The translations under genes were made by a program, and so were the position numbers. A stretch of 63,738 bases of DNA, filler included, from Reticulomyxa filosa (Eukaryota; Protista; Foraminifera), in assembly GCA_000512085.1 (NCBI GenBank). It is 21 parts of 21 records of this genome, joined end to end, with 100 filler letters (N's around TTAATTAATTAA, not from the genome) between each part and the next. Parts side by side here need not be neighbours in the genome. Positions count along the whole stretch, not along the records: positions 61,175 to 63,738 come from ASPP01007850.1; 20 more parts are not named here. One strand, written 5' to 3'. Under the pieces are notes generated by a model. The model searched no databases, was not told where the DNA came from, and saw nothing but the letters and a program-made list of their open reading frames with translations. Every line of letters starts with the position of its first letter. The stretch's first letter is position 1. Of the stretch, positions 63,666 through 63,738 are shown piece after piece.

Positions 63666-63738
63666 ACATTTCCAATACAAAAGTTTATTTTATTATTATT
63701 ATTAATTTTTTTATTATTTATGGAAACGTGTTGTAATT

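Noticed and set aside
1-63738. rRNA, tRNA or CRISPR arrays
   Set aside because: I recognised none by eye. A tRNAscan-SE or Infernal run would be needed to exclude short RNAs.

Overview
This window is not one locus. It is 21 short contigs joined by 20 artificial 100-bp spacers (N44-TTAATTAATTAA-N44), so neighbourhood across spacers means nothing. Twenty contigs are AT-rich eukaryotic DNA with short GT-AG introns full of poly-A/T runs and microsatellites. Their WD40, Kelch-like and 38-aa HEAT gene families match my recollection of the foraminiferan Reticulomyxa filosa; this is an inference, not a database hit. Recognisable genes are an ABCG transporter, COP9 subunit CSN1, a VPS9 GEF, a large HECT E3 ligase, a TPR protein, dynein-2 heavy chain, presequence protease and a CdsA-type phosphatidate cytidylyltransferase. 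One contig (6141-7531) is GC-rich and bacterial: an IS3-family (IS407-like) element inserted into a SIR2-like gene. Points worth a second look: (1) the IS-disrupted SIR2 gene; (2) a probable pseudo-kinesin whose switch motifs are degenerate; (3) an ABCG domain with an in-frame loss of the helical subdomain and signature motif; (4) a dynein-2 heavy chain that breaks off in AAA5; (5) a bacterial-type, intron-containing CdsA with PGWGG in place of PGHGG; (6) frequent stop codons and (AG)n or homopolymer frameshifts in otherwise conserved genes. I found no complete novel multi-gene system. All family calls come from motif reading by eye.
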